64,000 bases of DNA from Candidatus Bathyarchaeota archaeon. GTDB lineage: Archaea; Thermoproteota; Bathyarchaeia; Bathyarchaeales; Bathycorpusculaceae. Positions 30,044-40,899 of the stretch are shown here, piece by piece. The notes under the pieces are model-generated. The model made no database searches. It was not told the DNA's origin and was given only the letters and a program-made list of their open reading frames with translations. Positions within the stretch are counted from its first letter, which is position 1. Each line of letters opens with the position of its first letter. The translations under genes and the position numbers were made by a program. Where the stretch lies: assembly GCA_963770935.1 (NCBI GenBank), contig CAVYRJ010000009.1:96001-160000 (forward strand), read 5' to 3'.

Positions 30044-30518
30044 TTGGCAGTGTAGCATTTTTGTGCTCACTCAACTATACTTTCGATATTTTAGGAACCT
30101 ATGAGGTCTTACCTCGTTATGTCTTTTAGGACGTTTATCGTTATGCTTTTTGTCGGTCAATTGTTTCCTTTATAGCCCTATAGTAAAGCAATCAGCAAAA
30201 GAAACGACCATTCAACACTTAAGACTTGCAGCTTCATTGATCAATTAATTGTGGCTTCGACTCCAAAGTAAGCTGATGCCAGAAGGCTGTTTACTCTTTT
30301 ACTTGATTCCCGACCAACCAAGTTTTCTACAAAGAATATATCTAAGTTCCGTCAGAACAAGTTCTGTAGTCCAAACGTCGACCAAATCATTTTCTAAAGC
30401 TTGCCTTAGTTTCTGTCCAAGCGTGTCACAATTTACTAGCTCAATCAGGGCGATGGCGTTACGACTGCATTGCTAAAGAAAAACGGTGTAAAGTTAACTG
30501 TGTAAAAGTTTAGGGTAG

Positions 30519-30929
30519 CTATGTGCTTCGCAGGACTATCATGGTGTTGGTTTTCATGATGCCTTCGACGCGGCGGATTTTCTCGATGCACTCGTTAACT
30601 TCTGTCACATTCATTCCTGTGATGACTGCAACGATGTCGTATTCGCCTGTGACTTCGTAGATGGTTTCTACATTTGGGATTTCTTGGATTTTCTTGGATA
30701 CTTCCTGGGTTGGGCAAGCCGGGTTTGTGGCAAGTAATGTTATGGCTTGGGCGCCTTCTGCTACGCCGATTTTAACTGTGAATTTTCTAATGACGTTTTC
30801 ATCGGTTAATGTTTTAATTCTTTTCCTGACGGCTCCTTCGGATAAGCCTACTTTGGCACCTATGTCTCCGTAACCTGCTCTCGCGTCGTCTTTTAGGATT
30901 TTTATGATTTGTTTGTCTTTTTCATCCAT
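30519..30929 (-). CDS. Lrp/AsnC regulator (LysM-like), divergent from the lysW operon
   Basis: MDEKDKQII..L..DAR, GLSEGAVRKRI, YEVTGEYDI. Confidence 0.9.
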   Translation of the reverse strand: MDEKDKQIIKILKDDARAGYGDIGAKVGLSEGAVRKRIKTLTDENVIRKFTVKIGVAEGAQAITLLATNPACPTQEVSKKIQEIPNVETIYEVTGEYDIVAVITGMNVTEVNECIEKIRRVEGIMKTNTMIVLRST

Positions 30930-31177
30930 TGTTTCAGCCGAGCACTTATTGGTGTGGAAAAATTTAACGCTTTCCATTACCGCCGTTGAATCTATAATAC
31001 GGATTTCGTTGTATTGCCGCGGTTATGGTACGTTTTTTGTTTCCCAAAGCATACGAAATGTCTGCACCAAATGGGACATTAAAAGTTCAAGTTGTAACAA
31101 ATAGGTCAAAATGTTTAAAAGAAACTGGAAATAATCTGAATGACATTTCCCAATATAAAAAAAGTGACGAATAAAAA

Positions 31178-31384
31178 ATGATTAAACCCGTAAACTCAAA
31201 CCAACCAAACGCAAAAGCAAAATGCCCAGACTGTGACGCAGACCTTGATGTTCCAGCCGATACTGAGAAGGGCGAAATCGTAAGTTGCCCTGGCTGTGGA
31301 CTTGAGCTCGAAGTTAAACAGGTAAAATGCGGTTGCGTTGACCTTCAAGAGTTAACCATTGAAGGCGAAGACTGGGGCGAATAA
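31178..31384 (+). CDS. lysW: Amino-group carrier protein LysW
   Basis: CPDC...CPGC and C-terminal EDWGE. Confidence 0.96.
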   Translation: MIKPVNSNQPNAKAKCPDCDADLDVPADTEKGEIVSCPGCGLELEVKQVKCGCVDLQELTIEGEDWGE

Positions 31385-31447
31385 ACAGTAACCCACCCTC
31401 CTTTTAATGCAAAATCACCCTTTTAAGGTATAATTTTTTCACGGAAG

Positions 31448-32641
31448 TTGAAAGCGATGAGCATTGCACTTTTGTATGAACGCTCGGAAAACGACGAAAA
31501 TGGCATAAAGCTCACCGCCCAGCAACTCGGCATTGACTTAACGTTTATTCCCTTTCGAAAAATTGCGTTATCCATCTCAAAAGACGGCTTTAGCGCCAAG
31601 ACAAAAGGCAAAGACTACTCTGGCGCCATAGAAAATACGAAAGTTGTACTTAACCGAGCGCAAAGCAAAAACCGCCGCCTCCAAGCCTCCTACATAATGG
31701 AGATGCTGGGCAAAAAAACCCTCAACTCATCCCAAATTGAATTTATCTGCTACAGCAAATACCGCACCCTTCTGCATCTCTTCAAAGAAGGCATTCCAAT
31801 TCCCAAAACCGTCTTCGTTCCTTGCGACGCGACTGATACCCTAAAAAATGGCAGAGAAATCCATAACGAAAAAGACATCGCTGACTTATTCCAGCAAGAA
31901 ATTCCCCTATCAGAAGGAATAGTAATCAAAGCTGACGCTGGCACACATGGCAAAATGATAATGCTTTCTCAAAACCGCGAGGAACTGGAAGTAAACATCA
32001 AAGAAACCAAACCCACAATCATCAACCCAATCGGCGTCGTCGCTCAAGAACTTATCCAGAAATGGTTCTATGACTTACGCATCATAGTTTCAAAAGAGAA
32101 AGGCAAACAGCCCGTTTGCTACGATATCTCAATGGCGCGTGCAGGTTTCAAGGATTTCCGTACAAACACTTTCCTGGGTAACTTGGTTTTTCACTCTAAA
32201 CTACCCCTGAGTATTCAGGAGTTGGCGGTGAAATGCGGAAAAACCCTTGGCAAAGGCAGTGACGCTTGGATTTTCGCTTTGGATGCTATGGTGAATGTTG
32301 GTGACAACAAGAATACCGATGAGGCTTTCCTGAAGAGTCAGTTGGATTTAGCTGCACAAGCATTTGGTCCTGTCCAGAAAGTTAAGGCGGATGAGTCTCG
32401 CCTAACCGATTTTGAAGGGTGGACTGGAAAATTAGAAAAAGCATTCCATACATACAAGAATAGTGCCGCTTACGAAAACGTTAAGAATATAATTGAAGAG
32501 AGTGTAGAAAAAAATAAGAGCGCCTTGGTGTTTCATGAGTCGAATTCTTGCCCAGAGTTCTGGGAGAACACGCGGCTCGCAACTGGACTTAACGTGGCAA
32601 TTCCGCTGCTAAAGGGCGCTCAAAGCCTAATCGACCATTAA
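31448..32641 (+). CDS. lysX: LysX/ArgX-like ATP-grasp ligase with large insertion
   Basis: GIPIPKT, QELI, DLR, RTN, ESNSCPEF; between lysW and lysY. Confidence 0.8.
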   Translation: MKAMSIALLYERSENDENGIKLTAQQLGIDLTFIPFRKIALSISKDGFSAKTKGKDYSGAIENTKVVLNRAQSKNRRLQASYIMEMLGKKTLNSSQIEFICYSKYRTLLHLFKEGIPIPKTVFVPCDATDTLKNGREIHNEKDIADLFQQEIPLSEGIVIKADAGTHGKMIMLSQNREELEVNIKETKPTIINPIGVVAQELIQKWFYDLRIIVSKEKGKQPVCYDISMARAGFKDFRTNTFLGNLVFHSKLPLSIQELAVKCGKTLGKGSDAWIFALDAMVNVGDNKNTDEAFLKSQLDLAAQAFGPVQKVKADESRLTDFEGWTGKLEKAFHTYKNSAAYENVKNIIEESVEKNKSALVFHESNSCPEFWENTRLATGLNVAIPLLKGAQSLIDH

Positions 32642-32660
32642 TCAAAAAGAGAGGAAAAAA

Positions 32661-33713
32661 ATGCGAATTGGAATTATCGGTGGTTCAGGATATGTTGGCA
32701 GTGAACTGTTAAGACTGTTGCTTATGCACCCGGAGGTAGAGGTAACGATGGTTACTTCTCGGCAAGTCGCAGGAGAATACGTCTTTAACGTTCACCCAAA
32801 CCTCAGAGGTTTAACTCAGCTGAAATTTGTTCCCCAAGACATGGGGCAGCTTAAAGAAAACTGCGATTTAGTTTTTACGGCTACCCCACATGGTGGCTCA
32901 GTAAACCTTGTACCCAAACTGCTTGAGACAGGCTTAAAAGTCATCGACATGAGCGCCGACTTCCGCTGCAAAAACCCAAAAGACTACGAAACTTACTATG
33001 GCTGGTCTCATGCTCACCCGGAAATGCTTAAGGAAGCCGCATACGGTTTGCCTGAATTGCATCGGGAAGAAATCAAAAAAGCCAAACTTGTCGCTTGCCC
33101 CGGCTGCATGGCAACATCAGCAATTCTTGGTTTAGCGCCGATAGTAAAAGCTGGATTAGTAGATAACAGCAAAATCGTAGTCGACCTCAAAGTTGGGTCT
33201 TCAGGCGGCGGCAGCAAACCAAACCTTGCCTCTCATCACCCAGAACGCTTCAGTGGAGTGCGCCCTTACCAAGTTTGCGGACACCGACATATCGCTGAAG
33301 TCGAACAAGAACTAAATGCCCTTACAAACGAACCAGTCAAAATCTCCTTTACACCACATGCAGTCAACATGGTTCGTGGTATCTTGGCAACAATCCATGC
33401 TTTCCCCAAACAACCCATCGCCAGCAAGGACCTCTGGAAAGCCCTCCGCGGCATGTATGGTACAGAACCTTTCGTTCGCTTAGTGAAGTACCAGAAGGGA
33501 CCCTACCAACTGCCCGACCCCAAAATTGTCATGGGCACAAACTTCTGCGATGTGGGCTTTGAAATTGATGAGCACGCTAACCGACTTATCATGTTCTCAG
33601 CTATTGATAACATGACCAAAGGAGCTGCAGGACAGGGTGTGCAATGCCTAAACCTGCTTATGGGTATTGACGAAACTACAGGCCTTAAGAGCACTGGGTT
33701 CCATCCGGCGTGA
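32661..33713 (+). CDS. lysY: [LysW]-aminoadipyl/glutamyl-phosphate reductase
   Basis: GGSGYVG, DMSADFR, YGLPE, PGC, GSSGGG, DNMTKGAAGQ. Confidence 0.93.
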   Translation: MRIGIIGGSGYVGSELLRLLLMHPEVEVTMVTSRQVAGEYVFNVHPNLRGLTQLKFVPQDMGQLKENCDLVFTATPHGGSVNLVPKLLETGLKVIDMSADFRCKNPKDYETYYGWSHAHPEMLKEAAYGLPELHREEIKKAKLVACPGCMATSAILGLAPIVKAGLVDNSKIVVDLKVGSSGGGSKPNLASHHPERFSGVRPYQVCGHRHIAEVEQELNALTNEPVKISFTPHAVNMVRGILATIHAFPKQPIASKDLWKALRGMYGTEPFVRLVKYQKGPYQLPDPKIVMGTNFCDVGFEIDEHANRLIMFSAIDNMTKGAAGQGVQCLNLLMGIDETTGLKSTGFHPA

Positions 33714-33719
33714 TCTGCC

Positions 33720-34530
33720 ATGTTACTTGTCATTAAGATGGGTGGAAGCATCCTAAAAGAAGGCGCCTCAAACGAACTAGTATGTGACCTAAAAGAAGTC
33801 GCCAAAACAAATAAAATAGTTCTTGTCCACGGTGGAGGCGTTGAAGTGACCGAAATAGCTTCAAAATTGGGCAAAGAACAAAAATTCATAATCTCACCAG
33901 AAGGCTTTCGCAGCCGCTACACCGACAAGGAAACCATTGAAATCTACACGATGGTTATGGCGGGCAAAATCAACAAGCAAATTGTACTGGCGCTCCAAAG
34001 CCAAGGAATCCAAGCTGTCGGCTTAAGTGGACTTGATGCGTCGATTCTGCAGGCTGAACGCAAAACCAGACTCATTGCTGTTGATGAGCGGGGCAGAAAA
34101 AAAGTTATCGACGGCGGCTACACAGGCAAAATTACTCATGTTAAAACCGAGCTTCTGAACTTGTTGCTTGAGAGACGGGTACGTTCCAATCGTTACCCCG
34201 ATTGCGTTAAGCCAAGACAGTGAGCCCTTAAACGTAGATGGCGACCGAACGGCAGCTATAATCGCAGGCGCCCTAAAAGCCGACAAACTTATCCTACTCA
34301 CAGACGTTGAAGGCTTAATGCTCAAGGGCGAACGTGTCCCAAAAATTGCAGCAACAGAAGTAAAAGAAATCCTCTCCAAAATCGGCGGAGGCATGAGCAC
34401 CAAAGTCCACGCTGGACTGGAAGCGTTAAACCAAGGCGTCAAAGAAGTCCTCGTAACATCGGGAACAGTTAAGCAACCCATTACTTCAGTTTTAAACCAT
34501 CAGGTTGGCACAGTGATAACCAGTGAATGA
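33720..34530 (+). CDS. lysZ: [LysW]-aminoadipate/glutamate kinase, +1 frameshift near 34172
   Basis: KMGGS, VHGGG, SRYTD, NVDGDR, GGGMSTK. Confidence 0.92.
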
Positions 34531-35734
34531 AAAAGAAATAATAGACATTGAAACCCGCTACATGGCTAATGTTTTCTCCAAAAAGCCAATTGTCCTCACA
34601 AAGGGCAAAGGTGCGCTTTTATGGGATATTAATGGCAGAGAATACGTGGATTGCGCAACCAGCTATGGCGTGGCTTTGCTGGGGCATTGTCACCCGAAAG
34701 TTGTGGCGGCAGTAAAGGCTCAAGCAGAACAGCTGATTACTTGCCATAGTTGCTACTATAATGATAAACGAGCTGAATTTATAGAAAAATTAGTTAAGAT
34801 AACTCCCAAAGGTTTAGACAAAGCGTTCCTCTCAAACAGTGGTGCCGAATCCGTTGAATGCGCCATAAAACTCGCACGCAAATACACGGGCAAAACAGAA
34901 ATAATCGCGCTAATGGGCGCGTTCCACGGCAAAACCATGGGCGCCTTGTCGGCAACATGGGACAAAAAATACCGCGAACCCTTCATGCCGCTTATTCCTG
35001 ATGTCAAGCATGTTGCCCCAGATAATGCTGACAAAATCCGTGAAGTAATAACCGATAAAACTGCCGCCGTCCTCATGGAGCCGATTCGCGGCGAAGGTGG
35101 AGTTCGCGTTCCACCAGAGGGTTACTTGCAGGCGGTTCGAGAAATCTGCGACGAAAAGAACGTTCTTTTAATCTTTGATGAAGTACAAACGAGTTTTGGT
35201 CGCACGGGCAAACTGTTCGGTTGCCAAAACTGGAACGTAACCCCTGACGTTATGTGTTTAGCCAAGCCCTTCGCAGGAGGCTTACCAATAGGCATTACAA
35301 TCGCTAAAGAAAACATCATGTCATCACTCAAAGTTGGTGAGCACTCAACCACATTCAGCGGAAGCCCACTGGTCTGTGCAGCAGGATGCGCCGCCATAGA
35401 CGCACTCATAGAAGAAAAACTGACGGACAAAGCCGCATCCAACGGCAAATACTTCAAGTCGCAACTGGAAAACTTGCAAGCCAAACACAAAATTATCAAG
35501 GAAGTCCGCGGCTTAGGTTTAATGCTTGGTATGGAACTACGCTACGACGTTTATAATGTAATCCTAAAGACGCTAAGCAAAGGCGTTCTGGTGCTGGATG
35601 CAGGCAGAACCGTGGTTCGTTTGCTTCCGCCGCTCGTAATCGAGAAAGCACAAATCGACAAAGCCATCTCAGTTCTAGATACAGTTTTGGGAGAAGAGGA
35701 AAATGAGCGAACAAGCAGTACGGTTCCTAACTAA
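34523..35734 (+). CDS. lysJ: [LysW]-semialdehyde aminotransferase (class III)
   Basis: NSGAES, FHGKT, EPIRGEGG, DEVQT, LAK, RLLPPL. Confidence 0.92.
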   Translation: MNEKEIIDIETRYMANVFSKKPIVLTKGKGALLWDINGREYVDCATSYGVALLGHCHPKVVAAVKAQAEQLITCHSCYYNDKRAEFIEKLVKITPKGLDKAFLSNSGAESVECAIKLARKYTGKTEIIALMGAFHGKTMGALSATWDKKYREPFMPLIPDVKHVAPDNADKIREVITDKTAAVLMEPIRGEGGVRVPPEGYLQAVREICDEKNVLLIFDEVQTSFGRTGKLFGCQNWNVTPDVMCLAKPFAGGLPIGITIAKENIMSSLKVGEHSTTFSGSPLVCAAGCAAIDALIEEKLTDKAASNGKYFKSQLENLQAKHKIIKEVRGLGLMLGMELRYDVYNVILKTLSKGVLVLDAGRTVVRLLPPLVIEKAQIDKAISVLDTVLGEEENERTSSTVPN

Positions 35735-36836
35735 CCTACTTGGCATTTATAGCCCATCAGGAAAAGAAGAGGACGCAGCCAACTTCTTGGACCTTGAAAT
35801 GAATAAGATGGGTTTTGAAGTTGGAAAAGACGACATCGGCAATGTCATTGGCGTCGTCGGCGAAGGCGAACCCGTTATTCTCTTGTGTGGACACATGGAT
35901 ACTGTAGCAGGGCACCTGCCACTTCGCATAGAAGAAGGCAAAATCTACGCTCGAGGTGCAGTGGATGCGAAGGGTCCGCTTGCAGCAATGATTATGGCTG
36001 CCCTTGCCGCCTCCAAAGAGACTGGGTTTAAAGGCAAAATCTTGATTGCCGCCGTTGTAGAAGAAGAAGCTACTAGCCGAGGTGTCAAACACCTGATCAC
36101 TCAGGGAATCACAGCTGACTATGCCATATTTGGCGAACCCAGCGGCGTCGAAAACGTAACAGTCGGATACAAAGGACAAATCCAACTTAAAATCATCCTC
36201 AAAACTGAGACGGGGCATGCTTCAACGCCTTGGCTCTATGACAACTCTTTGGAGAAAGCCATTGAGCTTTGGAAACAAATCAAAAATGCATCTTCCTATC
36301 CCTCGCTGGATCCCTCAGCAAGCCCATACAACGCTGTCACTGCCTGCTTAGTGAAGCTTGTCGGCGGAAGAGCCACCTCAGTTGTTCCCTTCGAGGCAGA
36401 AATGAACCTAGATGTCCGGGTACCCATTCAATTCTCCACGTCCCAGGTTTTTGAGCAGATACAGAAGATAATAACCAAGTACCAAGCTGCCAACCCAAAG
36501 GTCTCCGTGAAGTCAACTGTTTTGGACACGGTTGAGCCCTTTGAGGTAAACAAGGCATCTCCGCTGGTTCATGTTTTGGCTTCGTCTGTCCGCAAAGTGC
36601 TAAACAAGCCCGCAACGCTTCTGCATAAAACAGGAACTGGCGACATGAACATTTTGGGAAAAGCCATGAACCTGCCCATAGTCACCTATGGACCAGGAGA
36701 CTCACACCTAGACCACACCTTAGATGAGCACATTGAAGTAAGCGAATACCTGGATTCAATTGCAGTTTACAAGGAGACACTGCTGCGTCTGGGTGAGTTG
36801 CATAACAACAAGAATGATGCTCAGGGCGCGGTCTAA
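35703..36836 (+). CDS. lysK: [LysW]-lysine/ornithine hydrolase (M20)
   Basis: GHMDTV, RGAVDAKG, EEE, GEP, YGPGD..LDH. Confidence 0.92.
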   Translation: MSEQAVRFLTNLLGIYSPSGKEEDAANFLDLEMNKMGFEVGKDDIGNVIGVVGEGEPVILLCGHMDTVAGHLPLRIEEGKIYARGAVDAKGPLAAMIMAALAASKETGFKGKILIAAVVEEEATSRGVKHLITQGITADYAIFGEPSGVENVTVGYKGQIQLKIILKTETGHASTPWLYDNSLEKAIELWKQIKNASSYPSLDPSASPYNAVTACLVKLVGGRATSVVPFEAEMNLDVRVPIQFSTSQVFEQIQKIITKYQAANPKVSVKSTVLDTVEPFEVNKASPLVHVLASSVRKVLNKPATLLHKTGTGDMNILGKAMNLPIVTYGPGDSHLDHTLDEHIEVSEYLDSIAVYKETLLRLGELHNNKNDAQGAV

Positions 36837-36989
36837 ACATCTAACAACAATTAACTAAAAAGAAAAGAAAAAGACTAAACTGAGTAGTTGTAAATCTCTT
36901 GTAGAAACTGAGTTAGGTTATCAATTAGTTCTTCTCTAATTCTTAATAAAAACAAAAAAGGGGAAAGGTGATTGTTTGCTGTGTTGTTT

Positions 36990-39828
36990 TTATGGTCGTT
37001 TTCTGAGCACTAGGATTATTACGACGCCTATTATGGCCATGAATACGAACAAGCCGGCGATTGCGGGAACAAAGTATGCGTCAGCGACAGATTGTACCTG
37101 AGGTGTTGGTGCAGGAGTGCTAGCTGGTGCTTCTCCTACTGCCATGTAGGTTGTTGCTGTCGATGTGCCGTAGGATTTGGATCCGTCAAAGGTTGCGATA
37201 ATTTGATATGTGCCTGGAATTTCTGGTGTGAAGAGAAGTCCATAGTTGCCATTTATGTCTGATGTAGTGGTTCCGATGGGTATGTAGTTGCCGTTGGGGT
37301 CAATAGTGGCTAAGTTTACTGGAACACCTTTTGCGTCTGCTGGGTATATTTGTTGCATGAACTTGTATTCCATCCATCTGCTCATGTCTTCATCGGATAT
37401 TGCAGGGGTGCCTTTGAGGGTGAAGTCGATTTTATCATTGGCGGTTCGCCTGCCAGTCGGGGTGTCGTCGGTGACTGTCCCAGTGAGCATTACACTGGAT
37501 CCTAGTGTTGCAAGAGTCTGTGGTGCAGAGACTGTAGTGGCGCTTGAGCCTTTGCCGTAACAGTATATCATGTTATCCATGCTGTTGCTACATATTAGGC
37601 GGCCGTCTGCGACAGCTACACCGCCACCGAAGTCCAAGATGCTCCATATTTCTGTTCCGTCTGTGGCGTTGATGCAGCGTAAGTTTGGACCACGGATCAA
37701 TGGAATAGTGTACGAGTGCTCCCACGAGGTTGTGTAAATCTTATCGTCACTGACAGCACTTACGGTGATTGGGTAATTGCCGTAGGGTGATTCAGAGCCA
37801 ATGCCTTTAGCGTCGAAAGTCCATAATTTATCTCCAGTCTTTATGTCAAATGCGTTCATTTCTCCAGCATAGCCACCGTAGATTATGAGTTTTCCATCTA
37901 TAACGAGGGGGCTCTGGCCATAGTAATTGTATTGTGGTAGAGCATCAGGTTCGGTTTCCCATAACTGCTGACCTGTATACAAATCGAAGACCCAGAACTT
38001 CAGTTGCTTGACTTCTGAGAATACCATTACTCCGTCTTCTGGATAGACTCCGTTTAAAGTAAATCCGCCTGTGAACATTGCTGCTGCTGTAACGTTTTTA
38101 TCTACGTCCAAGAACGGTGGTGTAAAGGTGGTTTTCCAAAGTTGCGTGCCTTTATTTTCTGGTTTTAGACTGATACCTATCATCCATCCTTGTACTATTC
38201 CTGTTTTGTCGTTTCGTCCTTGAGTTCCAACGATCATAACGTCATCTTGGCGAATAGCGCGAATTGTGCCAGTTTCATTGAGAATAGAGTTGGATGGGCC
38301 AACTATGTTGGGTATTGAGAAGTTTTGAGAGTAGAACACTTCTCCATTATGTACGATGTCCCAATCCATAGTCATGGGGTTAAAGAAGTCTCCGGATCCA
38401 AAGTAGGGGTTTTCTGCTCCGAAATCGCCGCCCGCAGGTCTCCACTGCCAATAGCCTGTACCAAGTTGGCTAGCAACCATGGTTCCTGCTGAGGAGTTCC
38501 ATACTGTCAGATAGTAGTTAGGGTTTGCAGTAGTTCCTTTGTTGACCATGTTATAGTAAAGTATACTTCCGTCTTTACCATAGACCTGTGTTCCGGCTGC
38601 GGATACGTTAGCTATGTAGCAAATCGTATTTTGCGTCTTTGCATCCATCATCTTCCAAAGAGTATTGGTAACCAGTGGTGTTGTTGTCCTGTTCAATTTG
38701 TATGGGTTTCCTGTTTTGATTACACTTAGGTTTGCAGGTTGGGTTACTCGAGCTACTGTGACAACTTGTGGTAGTTGGATTGGTGTGCCGCTTACGCCGA
38801 AAAAGGATGACGCTAACACCAGTATCCCATAGGTATTCGAATGTTCCGTGTTGGTTGGGTGACTCGTATTCATAGACTGAGCCAAAAGCAGGTCTTGATG
38901 CATTCCAGTCAAGGAATAGTGTTTCTCCTGTATAGAGATCAATTATTTCCCAGCCTTTGTTGCCATGTGTAGTGTAGCGTGGTGACCAGTGAATTTTGCC
39001 GTCAAGCACTATTGTTGGACTAAACTCGACACCTTGGTAGTGCGCTGTGTGGCCTGCTGCTTCGCCGAACCTTTCATCTGTGACGCCTCCAATGAAGAAG
39101 GGCTTTGACCAGAGTATGTGAGCGCTCTCAGGTGCTGAGCCCCAGGCATAGGTGCCGATGTTGCCGCCTGAACTGCCTAAAGGCCATACGTTCGCGGCAC
39201 CTCCAAGCCAGTGACCAGCAAGCACATACCATTCTCTGGATGCACCGCTTATTGGGCGAGACCAGTATCCGGTTGGAAGAGGCGACTCAATCCATGGTTG
39301 TGTTGTTCCTTGGTAAACCTCGAATGTGTCTATTGGGCTAGTATCGGCGGTATAGATATAATGGTCCCCTGCTGTGTAAAAGACTCCAGCTGATGAAACC
39401 GTTACTTTGAGTTCTTTATCGGTACGCGGGAAGATAGCTTGAATTCTATATGTGCCGACTTTGAGAGGAGTATAGGTTATGTAGTTGGCGCCGACTGGAT
39501 CACTATAGGGCATATCAAGGATTTCTGTCTCATTGTCAGGGTCCCAGACTTGTATTTGCATACCATACCAACCGGCTCTGCCATTTGGTGAAGAAACGAC
39601 ACCGGATGTTTCACCTGTCTCTGGGGGCATATCTGCAGTCCAAGCGACTAGCAACACCATTTCGCCAACACCTACACCGCGGGGTCCAGCGCCATCAGCA
39701 ACGTAAACGTAAGAATAGAAGTTCCTGGTAGCTGCGCTTGCGCTAGGTAAAGTAACAATTGGAAAAGCAAAAGTCAACATTAAAAACAACGCAATCAAAG
39801 TTATAGTTTTTTTCTTTAAGAATATCAT
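36990..39828 (-). CDS. Large PQQ-like beta-propeller surface protein, frameshift near 38818
   Basis: Signal peptide, AHILW, repeated D..TG..LW blades, GTPAISD, TM + RKRP anchor; two overlapping ORFs. Confidence 0.85.
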
Positions 39829-39943
39829 TTTTTATCTTTCCTTTTTTTCAGTGGTAACTTGTTTGGTGATCTCACCTAATAAGAAAGCGTCATAAGTCCA
39901 ATGAACAACAGCCTGTCGCACAATACTAGACGACAAATAGAAA

Positions 39944-40801
39944 ATGATAAATACACAATCTCACAAATCGAAGCCCTCGATAAGCATGAAAGAATTAAGT
40001 TACGAAGAAGACGCCAAAACTTTGTCAGGATTGGGGATTACTATCTCCCAAGGAAAGGTGTATCTTGCTCTTCTTCGGTTAAAAACGGCTTCTAGAGTAC
40101 ACACAATAGCCAAGTTTACGGACATACCAAGACAAGATGTATACCGACTTTTAGATGAACTCATTCATCTCGGAATAGTTCATAAAACGCTCGTCAAGCC
40201 TGCAACTTTCAAGGCTACTCCTCCAACAGAGGCTGTTAGCATTCTCATAAGAAGAAAGAAGGGAGAGTTCTCCAGGATGGAAAGAGAAGCAAACAAATTC
40301 GTCCAAAGAGCAACAGAACTCCTTACAGAAACACAAACAGAATTGGAGAAAGATCAATTTCTCCTAATCGCAGATAGAGAAGCTATTATTTGTAAAGCGA
40401 TCCAAATAATCGAAAATACCAAAGCAACTTTGAAAGATATTACGCCATTTAGCGAGTTTGTGCCATGGCTTGCCGTTTTGTCCGAATCTATTGAAGGAGC
40501 CCTGAAAAAGGGAGTAAAATTCCAATGGCTTACAGAAAAGCCGGCAGACGCAAATGTGTTGCCTAAATCTCTACATACTATTATTAATCACCCGAATTTT
40601 AGTCTACGATTCATTCCCAGTGCTCCAAAAGTGAAACTGGGGATTTTTGACAAAAAAGAAGTACTTTTAGGGATCTTTGCAAAATCTGGTTTTGCTCTCT
40701 CGCCTTGTTTGTGGTCAAATAATCCTTCTTTGGTGACAATAGCAGAGAGCCACTTTGAAACTTGGTGGAAAAAAGGAATTGACATAAAGATTGAAGTTTG
40801 A
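39944..40801 (+). CDS. TrmB-family transcriptional regulator
   Basis: LG.T..Q.KVYLALL, IPRQDVYR.L..L...G.V, C-terminal IFDKKEV...WSNNP...FE..W; divergent from the propeller gene. Confidence 0.88.
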   Translation: MINTQSHKSKPSISMKELSYEEDAKTLSGLGITISQGKVYLALLRLKTASRVHTIAKFTDIPRQDVYRLLDELIHLGIVHKTLVKPATFKATPPTEAVSILIRRKKGEFSRMEREANKFVQRATELLTETQTELEKDQFLLIADREAIICKAIQIIENTKATLKDITPFSEFVPWLAVLSESIEGALKKGVKFQWLTEKPADANVLPKSLHTIINHPNFSLRFIPSAPKVKLGIFDKKEVLLGIFAKSGFALSPCLWSNNPSLVTIAESHFETWWKKGIDIKIEV

Positions 40802-40899
40802 AAGACTTCAAAAAACGAAGAAATTTTTATAGAAACCAAACCAAAAAAGCCCGATTTATTTTTTGCGTGTACCATTAATTTTAAAGGGTAAATTTGGGG

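Noticed and set aside
31111-31134. Mini-ORF MFKRNWK upstream of lysW
   Set aside because: Overlaps the TATA box itself, so it is unlikely to be transcribed.
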